Of a stretch of 64,000 bases of DNA, positions 56,413 through 64,000 are shown in pieces (the first letter of the stretch is position 1; each line of letters begins with the position of its first letter). Below the pieces are notes generated by a model, which saw nothing but the letters and a program-made list of their open reading frames with translations, was not told where the DNA came from and made no database searches. Origin of the DNA: an uncultured Clostridia bacterium (lineage in GTDB: Bacteria > Bacillota > Clostridia > UMGS1883 > UMGS1540). Location of the stretch: contig CALCLY010000036.1 in assembly GCA_937966555.1 (NCBI GenBank), forward strand, positions 122,116 to 186,115, in the 5' to 3' direction. Made by a program: the position numbers and the translations under genes.

Positions 56413-58755
56413 ATGTTTGATATTGTCTTTAAACAAATGACAAATGAATATGAGCCATGCTATACATGGCTTTGGAATACAAAAATCACTCGATACGGAA
56501 TAAAAAAAAGAATTGATGAAATGCATGAAACAGGCATAAAATCATTTTACGTGTTGGGGGAACCGAAAAATTTCCGACCGCAAAAAAGAAAAACCTTCCT
56601 TGAGCCGGACTATTTGTCGGATGAATACATAGAATTGCTGCGCTATGCCATCGGGTATGCGAAGAAAAAAGGTATGCGCTGCTGGCTTTACAACGAAGGA
56701 GGATTCCCTTCGGGCATGGCGGCGGGGAAAATAGTCTCAACAGATCCAAGCCTGCGGAAAAAGGGGATTTCGGTACGGGAAACAAATGTAAGCAAGGGCG
56801 AAAAATACAAACCGCATGAAAGGCTTATCAGCGCTTTTTTTGAAAATTCAAGGATAAAGGAAGATTTTGTTTTTCCGCGCGACGGAGCCGTTTGTGAATA
56901 TACAGCCTGCGAAAAGCGAGAAATATCGGCATGGTGCGATGAGAAGCAGGCAGATATTGCAGATGAGAAAACAACCGCGCTGTTTTTGAAGGTCACGCAC
57001 GAAAGGCTTTTAAAGGGCTTGGGCGATGAGAATATGCGCCGCTGCCTTTATCTGTTTGACGATGAATCAAACATGGGCGGCTGGTCGGAGGGCTTTGAAG
57101 TCTTGTTTATGAACAAATACGGATATGACATTGCCGGTTTCATGCCATATATATGCGGAAAAAAGAAAAAAGGAAACGAAAATGATAAAAAGGCAAAAGC
57201 GGATTACGAAATGCTTTGCGGAGAGCTGCAAAACGTCAATTATTTCCTCAAAATGAAGCGGTGGCTCAATAAACACGGCATGAAAAGCGTCGGACACCTT
57301 GATAAGGATAACGAAACAGACGGCTTTATGCAGCTGCATTACGGCAATTCTCTTAAAATACTGAGAAGCTTTGATGTGCCCGGAATAGATGTTATATGGG
57401 GGCAGATAACATATCCGAAGGATGAAAAATGCTGCTTTGAAGGGTATGAATTCTTTCCGCTTATTGCGTCCTCGGCATCAAGGCAAAACGGAAGCAATGA
57501 AGCGCTGTCTGAAACCTTTGCGGTATACGGCTCGCAGCTTAATGCCGAGGAAATGCGCTTTGTTATTAATTATCAGGCGGTAAGAGGAATCAATATTTTT
57601 AATTTTATGACCATGTCATACGAAAAGAAGGGCATTTTGCCGTTTCAGTACAGACCGAGCTTTATCCCCGAAAACCCGGGCTGCGAATGCCTTTCGGAAA
57701 TAAACGGGTATACCGCAAGACTTTCATATCTCATGAGAAGCGGAAATGCCGTAATCGATACGGCGCTTTACTATCCCTTCAGAACAATATGCGCAGGGGG
57801 AGAAGAAGCCGAAAAAGCAAAAGAAAGCTTTGAAAAAAAGGGGCTTATGCTGGAAAGAGCGGGGATATGCTTTGACCTGGTCGACGAGGAATATCTTAAA
57901 AGCCCTAAAAAGCCCGTAGAATACAAAAATATATATGTTCCGTTTGCTCCGCTTGAAACAGATGAAACGAAGGCCTTGCTTTCAAAGTATAAGGCGTGTG
58001 CCGAGCCGCTGATAAAGTGCGAAAACTTCGTCAGATGCAGAGCGGTGGAAAACGGAGGCGAGAGACTTTATTTTGTCACAAACGAGAGCGGCGTGAGAAA
58101 GAAAACGGAAATTGTACTGCCCGAGAACAGAAACGTATACGAGATTAATTTGCGTGACGGCAAAATTTACGGCGTGAAGTGCAAAGCTGCGGATAACGGT
58201 GTAAAAATTACGATTGATGCTTACAGGGGAGAGGGAAAGATGTTTCTTTGTACCGACAGAAGCATAGATGCGGTGAATGTAAAAACAGAAGAACCCGTAA
58301 CCCTTATTTGCGGCAGCGCCCATATTTTAAGAAGATACACGGTTGAAAACGGAGCCGTAAACAAAAAAGTAAACGAAAAAACGGTATTGGGCTATGCTCC
58401 GAAGGATTTTTCGGGAGAAATAAAATATTCGCTTAAACTGCCCGGTGAAATTGAGGAGGGAGAGTATTATATAGAGCTTGATGAGCCGAGATATTTTGTT
58501 AAAGCATATAAAAACGGCGGAAAAATCGCAGAGGTAACAATGCCTCCTTATATAATTAAAACATTCTTAAAGCCGGGAGACGAGCTTGATTTCCTTGTAT
58601 CAAATACGGCTGCAAACGCCTGTGCGGCTACGGATTTTTTTGATAATATCCCGCCCGATAAGCTTGGCAGCTACAGTGCGGATATGATAAAGCGCGAAAG
58701 AAAAGCCCTGTGCGGAGGGTTTGGCGGCAGAGTTATGCTGTACAAAATCATTTAA
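56413..58755 (+). CDS. Large cytoplasmic glycoside-hydrolase-like protein of unassigned family (780 aa).
   Basis: There is no signal peptide. N-terminal YTWLWNT...SFYVLGEP...CWLYNEGGFPSG resembles TIM-barrel glycosidase-like DUFs. The assignment is tentative. Confidence 0.4.
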   Translation: MFDIVFKQMTNEYEPCYTWLWNTKITRYGIKKRIDEMHETGIKSFYVLGEPKNFRPQKRKTFLEPDYLSDEYIELLRYAIGYAKKKGMRCWLYNEGGFPSGMAAGKIVSTDPSLRKKGISVRETNVSKGEKYKPHERLISAFFENSRIKEDFVFPRDGAVCEYTACEKREISAWCDEKQADIADEKTTALFLKVTHERLLKGLGDENMRRCLYLFDDESNMGGWSEGFEVLFMNKYGYDIAGFMPYICGKKKKGNENDKKAKADYEMLCGELQNVNYFLKMKRWLNKHGMKSVGHLDKDNETDGFMQLHYGNSLKILRSFDVPGIDVIWGQITYPKDEKCCFEGYEFFPLIASSASRQNGSNEALSETFAVYGSQLNAEEMRFVINYQAVRGINIFNFMTMSYEKKGILPFQYRPSFIPENPGCECLSEINGYTARLSYLMRSGNAVIDTALYYPFRTICAGGEEAEKAKESFEKKGLMLERAGICFDLVDEEYLKSPKKPVEYKNIYVPFAPLETDETKALLSKYKACAEPLIKCENFVRCRAVENGGERLYFVTNESGVRKKTEIVLPENRNVYEINLRDGKIYGVKCKAADNGVKITIDAYRGEGKMFLCTDRSIDAVNVKTEEPVTLICGSAHILRRYTVENGAVNKKVNEKTVLGYAPKDFSGEIKYSLKLPGEIEEGEYYIELDEPRYFVKAYKNGGKIAEVTMPPYIIKTFLKPGDELDFLVSNTAANACAATDFFDNIPPDKLGSYSADMIKRERKALCGGFGGRVMLYKII

Positions 58756-58852
58756 ATACAGAAATTTCATTTTTAGCTTTAAATTAAAAGCATAAAGAGA
58801 GGGTGGTGCAAAACGAAATTGCAATCACCCTCTTTAATATATTTATTATTTT

Positions 58853-58930
58853 TCGCTGACGATTCTTAAAGTTTCTCTTGCTATGGCAAGCTCCTCTTTT
58901 GTCAGAGAAAGAAGGAAAACGAATGGCTGC
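58853..58930 (-). pseudogene. Remnant 3' end (last ~25 codons) of a second acetate kinase gene.
   Basis: The reverse translation ...VFLLSLTKEELAIARETLRIVSEK* compares with the intact ackA C-terminus ...VLLLPTNEELAIARETLRIVNK*. DNA 58862-58902 matches 7990-8030 at 38 of 41 positions. Confidence 0.6.
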
Positions 58931-59008
58931 AAAAATACAGACTTGCGCATCAAGCGTATGCCCCCTCGGGCAGGGGCGGGCAAACGAGATGTTCAAAACT
59001 GTATATCT

Positions 59009-59176
59009 GTAATCCTGAAATCAGTACACTCCGACAGAATAAAGGAAAATATTGATATTTTCGATTTTGTTCTTACAGATGAAGAAATGAGCGCACTTTT
59101 GGCGCTTGATACCGCAAAACCGATGATTGGAAAAGCCGAAAACTCCGAAACAACTGAATTTGCAATGACATGGTAA
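59009..59176 (+). pseudogene. Remnant C-terminal fragment of an aldo/keto reductase.
   Basis: ...VILKSVHSDRIKENIDIFDFVLTDEEMSALLALD... is the canonical AKR C-terminal motif. No upstream AKR body is present. Confidence 0.55.
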
Positions 59177-59411
59177 AATCTTTCTTTACTCTAAAACAAC
59201 TTGCCGATTGATAGCTTATCGTTTTTCGGCAGGTTACACGAGTTTTCTGTTCCAGGCGAAAAAGAAGTATGTTTGAATATTGTTATTGACTTAAAGATTC
59301 CCGGGTATGCCCCAAGTATGCTTTACAGTTCAAGCAAGACTTGAAAAACAGAGAAAAGGAAGATAAAAAGAAAAATACGAACAATCATAAAAATGAAAGT
59401 TCGTATTTAGA

Positions 59412-59503
59412 TGGCGGAGAAGGAGAGATTCGAACTCTCGCACCGGTTTCCCAGCCTACTCCCTTAGCAGGGGAGCCCCTTCGACCTACTTGGGTACTTC
59501 TCC
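59412..59503 (-). tRNA. tRNA-Ser (anticodon GCU).
   Basis: 92 nt on the minus strand. The acceptor stem is GGAGAAG/CTTCTCC with discriminator G and CCA, the anticodon loop is CTGCTAA, and there is a long variable arm. Confidence 0.85.
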
Positions 59504-59532
59504 GTATGTGTTAAGTTTTAAAAGAGAATGTT

Positions 59533-59619
59533 TGGCGGAGAAGGTGGGATTCGAACCCACGGCTCTTTCGAGTCACTGGTTTTCAAGACCAGCTCCTTAA
59601 ACCGCTCGGACACCTCTCC
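59533..59619 (-). tRNA. tRNA-Ser (anticodon UGA).
   Basis: 87 nt on the minus strand. The D-arm is GTGTCCGAGCGGTTTAAGGAG, the anticodon loop is CTTGAAA, and the T-arm is GGTTCGAATCC followed by CCA. Confidence 0.85.
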
Positions 59620-59768
59620 GCGTTGAGTTTAACAGCATATATTATTATAACAAAACGAAAACAGTTTGTCAAGAGTTTTTTAGAAAAAAATGCATTTTTC
59701 AAAAAAATAATATAAAAGAGTGTCATATACGCTTTACTTGCATATAATAAAAAAGGCGGTGATTAAAC

Positions 59769-60446
59769 ATGCGCAGGTACATACACAGACGGCGCAGATT
59801 GCGCACGGCGTTAATTTGCGCCGTGCTGTGCGTTTCGGTATTTGGGGTTTTGACGCTTTTTGAATTTCGTGTGAGACCCATAATAACTGAGGTAGCAGTT
59901 TCGCGTGCCAAAAATACGGCGGTGCGCGTTATATCGGACGTTGTTAACGATACAATGAGCAAGATTTCCGTAAATTATACCGACCTTGTACAATTCCAAA
60001 AAAACGGCTCGGAAAACATAACGGCGGTTACGGCAAATATTGTTGAAATCAACAAGCTTAAATCAACTTTGACATCTAAAATCGAGGAAAAAATATCCGA
60101 TATCGATTCCATGACGGCGAGAATTCCGCTCGGAAATCTTTTGGGGCAAAGCGCTCTTACAGGATTGGGGCCGAAAATAAAAATTAAGATGATTCCGGTC
60201 GGATATGCCGTGGTTAACATTCAAAATGAGTTCACGGAGGCAGGAATTAATCAGACAAAACATAAAATTTTTCTGAAAGCCGGCTGTACAATATCTGTGC
60301 TGCTTCCGATTTCGTCTTGTTCGGCATTTGTTGAAACCGAAATTCCGATTGCCGAAACAATAATTGTGGGAGCGGTTCCGGATACGTATACGCATGTTAC
60401 GGGGCAGGAGGATCCAAATGATTCCGTACTTAATATGCTGCCTTAA
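59769..60446 (+). CDS. yunB: Sporulation protein YunB.
   Basis: 225 aa with an N-terminal TM segment and a YunB-like body. Confidence 0.65.
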   Translation: MRRYIHRRRRLRTALICAVLCVSVFGVLTLFEFRVRPIITEVAVSRAKNTAVRVISDVVNDTMSKISVNYTDLVQFQKNGSENITAVTANIVEINKLKSTLTSKIEEKISDIDSMTARIPLGNLLGQSALTGLGPKIKIKMIPVGYAVVNIQNEFTEAGINQTKHKIFLKAGCTISVLLPISSCSAFVETEIPIAETIIVGAVPDTYTHVTGQEDPNDSVLNMLP

Positions 60447-60638
60447 TTAAAGACCCGCTAAAATGAACGCTGCAACAAGAGGATGGCTGACCGTCTTTGA
60501 TACGGACGTGGATAGTCCAAGAAAGGAGTCGTCAGACCAATTACTCCTCTTATTGTAGCTTAGGCAAGAGACGGAGTAAAGCATATCCGGCTGATATGCT
60601 TTACCCACAAATATATTGTAACAGAAAAGGAGATATTT

Positions 60639-61910
60639 ATGCAGGAACTGAAACGAGGCGACAGAGGAGCATATGTGTATATGCTTCAGCTTGCACTGCA
60701 AAGAAGCGGATATTTAAGCGCGCGCAAGGACGGGATTTTCGGGCCTGTGACGGAAAATGCGCTGCGCGGATTTCAAAGCGCGTTTATGATTCCCGTAACG
60801 GGAACGGCGGACGAAAAAACATGGAGATATTTAAACGACTTTATTCGAGGTTATGTAAAATACCGCGTAAAGCCGGGAGATACTCTTTTTAAAATTGCGG
60901 AGAAAAACTTTACAACAGTAAAAAGCATTGTCACGGCAAATTCACTGAAAAATCCGGATATGATAGAGGCAGGACAAACGCTTGTCGTGCCGTTCCGTTT
61001 CGACGTTGTGCCGTTTGACGTACCGTATACTTATGAACTTACAAACCTTTTGTGCGAGGGAATCTCTGGGCGTTACTCGTTTGTTGAGCTGAAGGAAAGC
61101 GGAAGGAGCGTTGAGGGGAAGCGGCTTAATCTTTTTGAAATGGGCAAAAAGGGGAGAAGTGTGTTTGTTAACGCTTCGCACCATGCCAATGAGTGGATTA
61201 CAACGCCGCTGGTGCTGAAGTTTTTGGAAAGATATGCCGCTTCATATGCAAACAGTGACAGCATAGAAGGTTTTAATGCGTCGCGGCTTTTCGAAAACAG
61301 CCGCCTTTACATGATGCCGCTTGTAAATCCGGACGGGGTAGACCTTGTAAACGGCGTGGCGGATGGTACGTATTTGGCAAATGCATGCAAAATAGCCGAG
61401 GCTTATCCGAACATACGTTTTCCCGAAGGGTGGAAAGCCAATATAGAAGGGACGGATTTAAATCTGAATTATCCGGCAGAGTGGGAAAAAGCAAAGAGAA
61501 TAAAATACGGACTGGGCTTTAAAACGCCGGCGCCGCGTGATTTTGTGGGGGAAAACCCACTTTCTGCGCCCGAAAGCCGCAGCGTTTATAATCTCACAAA
61601 ATCGGAAAATTTTGTATTTACAATTTCATATCATACGCAGGGTGAGGAAATTTATTACACATTTCAGGGTCAAACACCGCCGGGCGGACGTTTTTATGGG
61701 GAAGAATTTGCACGCCTGAGCGGCTACCTACTGGCAGACGCTCCGTATAACTCTTCTTTTGCCGGATATAAGGACTGGGTGATTCAGGACTACAATGTGC
61801 CCTCTTATACGATTGAAGCCGGAAAGGGCGAAAATCCGCTTCCGCTTTCGGAACTTCCGCTTATGTATCGTGATAATGCGGGGATAATGGCATATGCATT
61901 GTCGCTTTGA
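60639..61910 (+). CDS. M14-family zinc carboxypeptidase (gamma-D-glutamyl-L-diamino acid endopeptidase-like) with N-terminal peptidoglycan-binding and LysM domains.
   Basis: PG_binding_1 segment YVYMLQLALQRSGYL...GIFGPVTENALRGFQ. LysM segment YRVKPGDTLFKIAEKNF. M14 zinc motif SHHANEW. Confidence 0.75.
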   Translation: MQELKRGDRGAYVYMLQLALQRSGYLSARKDGIFGPVTENALRGFQSAFMIPVTGTADEKTWRYLNDFIRGYVKYRVKPGDTLFKIAEKNFTTVKSIVTANSLKNPDMIEAGQTLVVPFRFDVVPFDVPYTYELTNLLCEGISGRYSFVELKESGRSVEGKRLNLFEMGKKGRSVFVNASHHANEWITTPLVLKFLERYAASYANSDSIEGFNASRLFENSRLYMMPLVNPDGVDLVNGVADGTYLANACKIAEAYPNIRFPEGWKANIEGTDLNLNYPAEWEKAKRIKYGLGFKTPAPRDFVGENPLSAPESRSVYNLTKSENFVFTISYHTQGEEIYYTFQGQTPPGGRFYGEEFARLSGYLLADAPYNSSFAGYKDWVIQDYNVPSYTIEAGKGENPLPLSELPLMYRDNAGIMAYALSL

Positions 61911-61940
61911 TTTTGGGTTATAATATCTGCGGAGGTAGGT

Positions 61941-62096
61941 ATGGCTGAAATAAAAAAACACAAAAAGATACTGAAGGAAAACGAAACGCTTGCGCTTGCC
62001 GAGAGAAAGCATACGGACAAACGAAGCAAGGCTTCGCGCCCGTCGGAAGAAAATGTTGAAAATATGCGCGAGTGGTCAATAGAAAAAAAGCTGTGA
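61941..62096 (+). CDS. Small ORF of 51 aa (MAEIKKHKKILKENETLALAERKH...). Below the ORF-track cut-off.
   Basis: ORF only. Confidence 0.25.
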   Translation: MAEIKKHKKILKENETLALAERKHTDKRSKASRPSEENVENMREWSIEKKL

Positions 62097-62237
62097 AAAA
62101 AGGGGATGTTAAAAAACTCCGGAACGCAAGCAAATTTCTCCTCTCGACGTACCCATGTACGCCTTCGGGTATCCCAAACTTTAGTTTTGGCTCAGTTTGC
62201 CGATTCCAAAGCTTTTTTCCTATCCCCTTGAAAAAAT

Positions 62238-62275
62238 GGGCTGCTTAAAAAGTCAACCGACTTTTTAAACAGCCC
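62238..62275. terminator. Bidirectional terminator palindrome with 17-bp arms and one mismatch. It has flanking T-runs on both strands.
   Basis: gggctgcttaaaaagtc-aacc-gactttttaaacagccc. The right arm plus spacer is identical to 7933-7956. Confidence 0.55.
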
Positions 62276-62714
62276 GCTTTTTTATAAACTTGGATATTAT
62301 AAGATTAAATACAAGTTTTGAAACGACAAGACCTACGGCAATCGCGCCGCCTATTTTTACTGTATAAAGCAAATTGCTTAAAAAACTTGCGTTTTCACCG
62401 CGGAGAAAATCCTCCATGGTATAAAATATTCTTGCTCCCGGTACGAGCGGCACCATACCGATTATAAGATACAGCGTTACGGGAACTTTGCGCAGGCGCG
62501 CAAGTATTTCTGCCTGAAGACCGAGGGCCGCCGCAGCAAAAAGATATTGCATTATATCGGTTTCGAACATTCCGCCGAAAAGCAGATATACAAGCCACGA
62601 GAGCATTCCGCAAAGCCCGGAAAGAAATACATCAGCTCCTCTCACGTTAAAAAGAAAGCAAAAGCCGCATGAGCCGAAAAAAGCATAAAGACACGGCAAA
62701 ACAAATTCCTGCAT
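62265..62714 (-). CDS. Threonine/serine exporter family protein, small subunit (ThrE_2/DUF3815-like).
   Basis: 149 aa with four TM helices. It is adjacent to the ThrE-like gene. Confidence 0.65.
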   Translation of the reverse strand: MQEFVLPCLYAFFGSCGFCFLFNVRGADVFLSGLCGMLSWLVYLLFGGMFETDIMQYLFAAAALGLQAEILARLRKVPVTLYLIIGMVPLVPGARIFYTMEDFLRGENASFLSNLLYTVKIGGAIAVGLVVSKLVFNLIISKFIKKRAV

Positions 62715-62726
62715 AAAAAATCACCT

Positions 62727-63494
62727 CTACATAATAACGATTGCCGCCGCAACGCCCACAGCGATTGCGGTTGCGGTGACGAGTGCTTCCGTAAGCCGCA
62801 GAAAACCCGAGAGATAGTCCTTGGCAAGAAAATCGCGCATACTGTTTGTTATGGCGATGCCGGGCACCAGCGTCATCAAAACACCGATTATAATTTTTGT
62901 CCCGTCTATATAAGGAACACGCATTTCAACGGAAAACGATATAAGAGCCGTTACGGCGCTGCACACAATAATTCCTGTAAAGACTCCGCCGCCGATTCGC
63001 CGCAGAAGTATATCTATAATGCAAGTCAGAATTCCGACAAAGAATGCAACCACACCGGCAGGTGCATTTCCGCCGAAAAACATTGCAAACGAGGCGGAAA
63101 TTATTCCGTATCCGAATATGCGCATATACTGTGGATAAACGGGGCTTGTTTTTATTTTTTTGATTTCCTCTTCCACTTCCGCACGGGATGGGGTGCATAC
63201 GCATATTCGGCGTGAAAGTGAATTAAGCATGCATATTTTGTCGAAATCATAGCTGTAGCCTTTCACACGCCATGTTTCGGTACGGCTTTGCCCCGCTGTA
63301 TTGTATACGGTCACGGTTATATTTGAACCTATGGCAAAAACATGTGAGCCGTGAACGCCGTCATACGAAGCGCATATTCTTGAAATGGTGTCCTCAACGC
63401 GCTGAATTTCGGCACCGCAGCGAAGGAGATTAAATCCGACGCTCATGGCAATATAAAGCACATCATCGAGAACGGTAAGCTTTGTTTGTTCCAT
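62727..63494 (-). CDS. Threonine/serine exporter family protein (ThrE/DUF1212-like).
   Basis: The start is trimmed to MEQTKLTVLDD (RBS GGGAG 8 nt upstream). YIAMSVGFNLLRCGAEIQRVEDTISRI is typical of the family. Confidence 0.7.
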   Translation of the reverse strand: MEQTKLTVLDDVLYIAMSVGFNLLRCGAEIQRVEDTISRICASYDGVHGSHVFAIGSNITVTVYNTAGQSRTETWRVKGYSYDFDKICMLNSLSRRICVCTPSRAEVEEEIKKIKTSPVYPQYMRIFGYGIISASFAMFFGGNAPAGVVAFFVGILTCIIDILLRRIGGGVFTGIIVCSAVTALISFSVEMRVPYIDGTKIIIGVLMTLVPGIAITNSMRDFLAKDYLSGFLRLTEALVTATAIAVGVAAAIVIM

Positions 63495-63599
63495 TTTTTT
63501 CTCCCAAATATAAATCTTTTTATATTTTAGCACATTAAAGTGATTTTGGCAACATGTTTAAAATAAATTGAATAAAAAATTTATGTTTGGCTATACTTA

Positions 63600-63806
63600 T
63601 TGACAGAAAGGAAGGTGAAGAGAATGACACCAAAAGAGCTTTTGTACGTGGAAGATTCTCTTAATATGGAAAGCCAGCTTGCAACAAAATGTAATGACTA
63701 TGCAAGCAAGGTCAGTGATACGGTATTAAAAACAACGCTTACGGAATTGGCGGCACAGCATGCACAGCATTATAATTTGCTGCTTTCGCAGCTTGGAAAA
63801 TGGTAG
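63600..63806 (+). CDS. Spore coat protein F (CotF)-like small protein.
   Basis: 68 aa, helical, YVEDSLNMESQLATKCNDYASK-like. Assigned at low stringency. Confidence 0.45.
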   Translation: MTERKVKRMTPKELLYVEDSLNMESQLATKCNDYASKVSDTVLKTTLTELAAQHAQHYNLLLSQLGKW

Positions 63807-63820
63807 AAAGGGGTAAATTA

Positions 63821-64000
63821 TGAACGAAATAAAGCAGAATATGAGCGACAGGGAGTATATGGATGATATTCTTCTGACAAGTAAAACACTTTCGGCAATG
63901 TATCATTATGCAGTGCAGGAATCATCTACAAACGATGTACACACAAACTTTAAAAATATACTGAATGATTCTTTGGATATGCAGCACAGGATTTTTTCAC
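63821..64000 (+). CDS. CotF-like protein, partial (runs off the right edge).
   Basis: MNEIKQNMSDREYMDDILLTSKTLSAMYHYAVQESS.... The RBS is AAAGGGG. Confidence 0.45.

Noticed and set aside
58784-58996. 70-aa minus-strand ORF overlapping the ackA-remnant region.
   Set aside because: It is a different frame from the conserved acetate-kinase C-terminus. The region is a scar rather than a gene.

Overview
This window reads as a Firmicutes (Clostridia-like) chromosomal segment; that lineage call is inference from gene content and RBS style. It breaks into five parts.

(1) 1..~7970: the right-hand part of an integrated mobilizable element. It carries a partial tyrosine recombinase, a sigma-70-like protein, MobC, a MOB relaxase, a ParB-like nuclease and a terminal large serine recombinase.

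(2) 7977..14160: housekeeping genes. These are ackA-pta, an ABC exporter with an unusual N-terminal extension plus a DUF1854-like partner, the c-di-AMP receptor DarA, tadA and tRNA-Ser(CGA).

(3) 14110..25400: a probable horizontally acquired island downstream of the tRNA. It holds a truncated homologue of a mobile-element protein, a complete type I R-M operon (hsdM-hsdS-hsdR, with a roughly 220-aa C-terminal extension on HsdS), a DUF234-type ATPase, and remnants of a replication/excision module (HTH proteins, an excisionase-like protein, iteron-like repeats).

(4) 25470..45873: a roughly 20-kb co-directional cluster of 15 envelope genes. It includes an SLH surface protein with a perfect 816-bp tandem duplication, a YdjG/YdjH/YdjI-like module (zinc ribbon, TPM, SPFH), many zinc-ribbon proteins, a 1106-aa secreted protein and a 1326-aa extraordinarily cysteine-rich secreted protein. 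The Cys-rich protein is the most unusual object in the window.

(5) 46236..64000: a solute-binding protein paired with a membrane-anchored LuxR-type regulator, MmcQ/YjbR, a divergent AraC-regulated cluster of secreted proteins (Gfo/Idh/MocA oxidoreductase, a glycoside-hydrolase-like protein), a scar containing 3' remnants of ackA and an aldo/keto reductase beside two more tRNA-Ser genes, then sporulation/wall genes (YunB, an M14 peptidase, ThrE-family exporters, CotF-like proteins).

No CRISPR array and no rRNA were seen. All calls rest on reading the six-frame translations and the DNA by eye; no searches were run.
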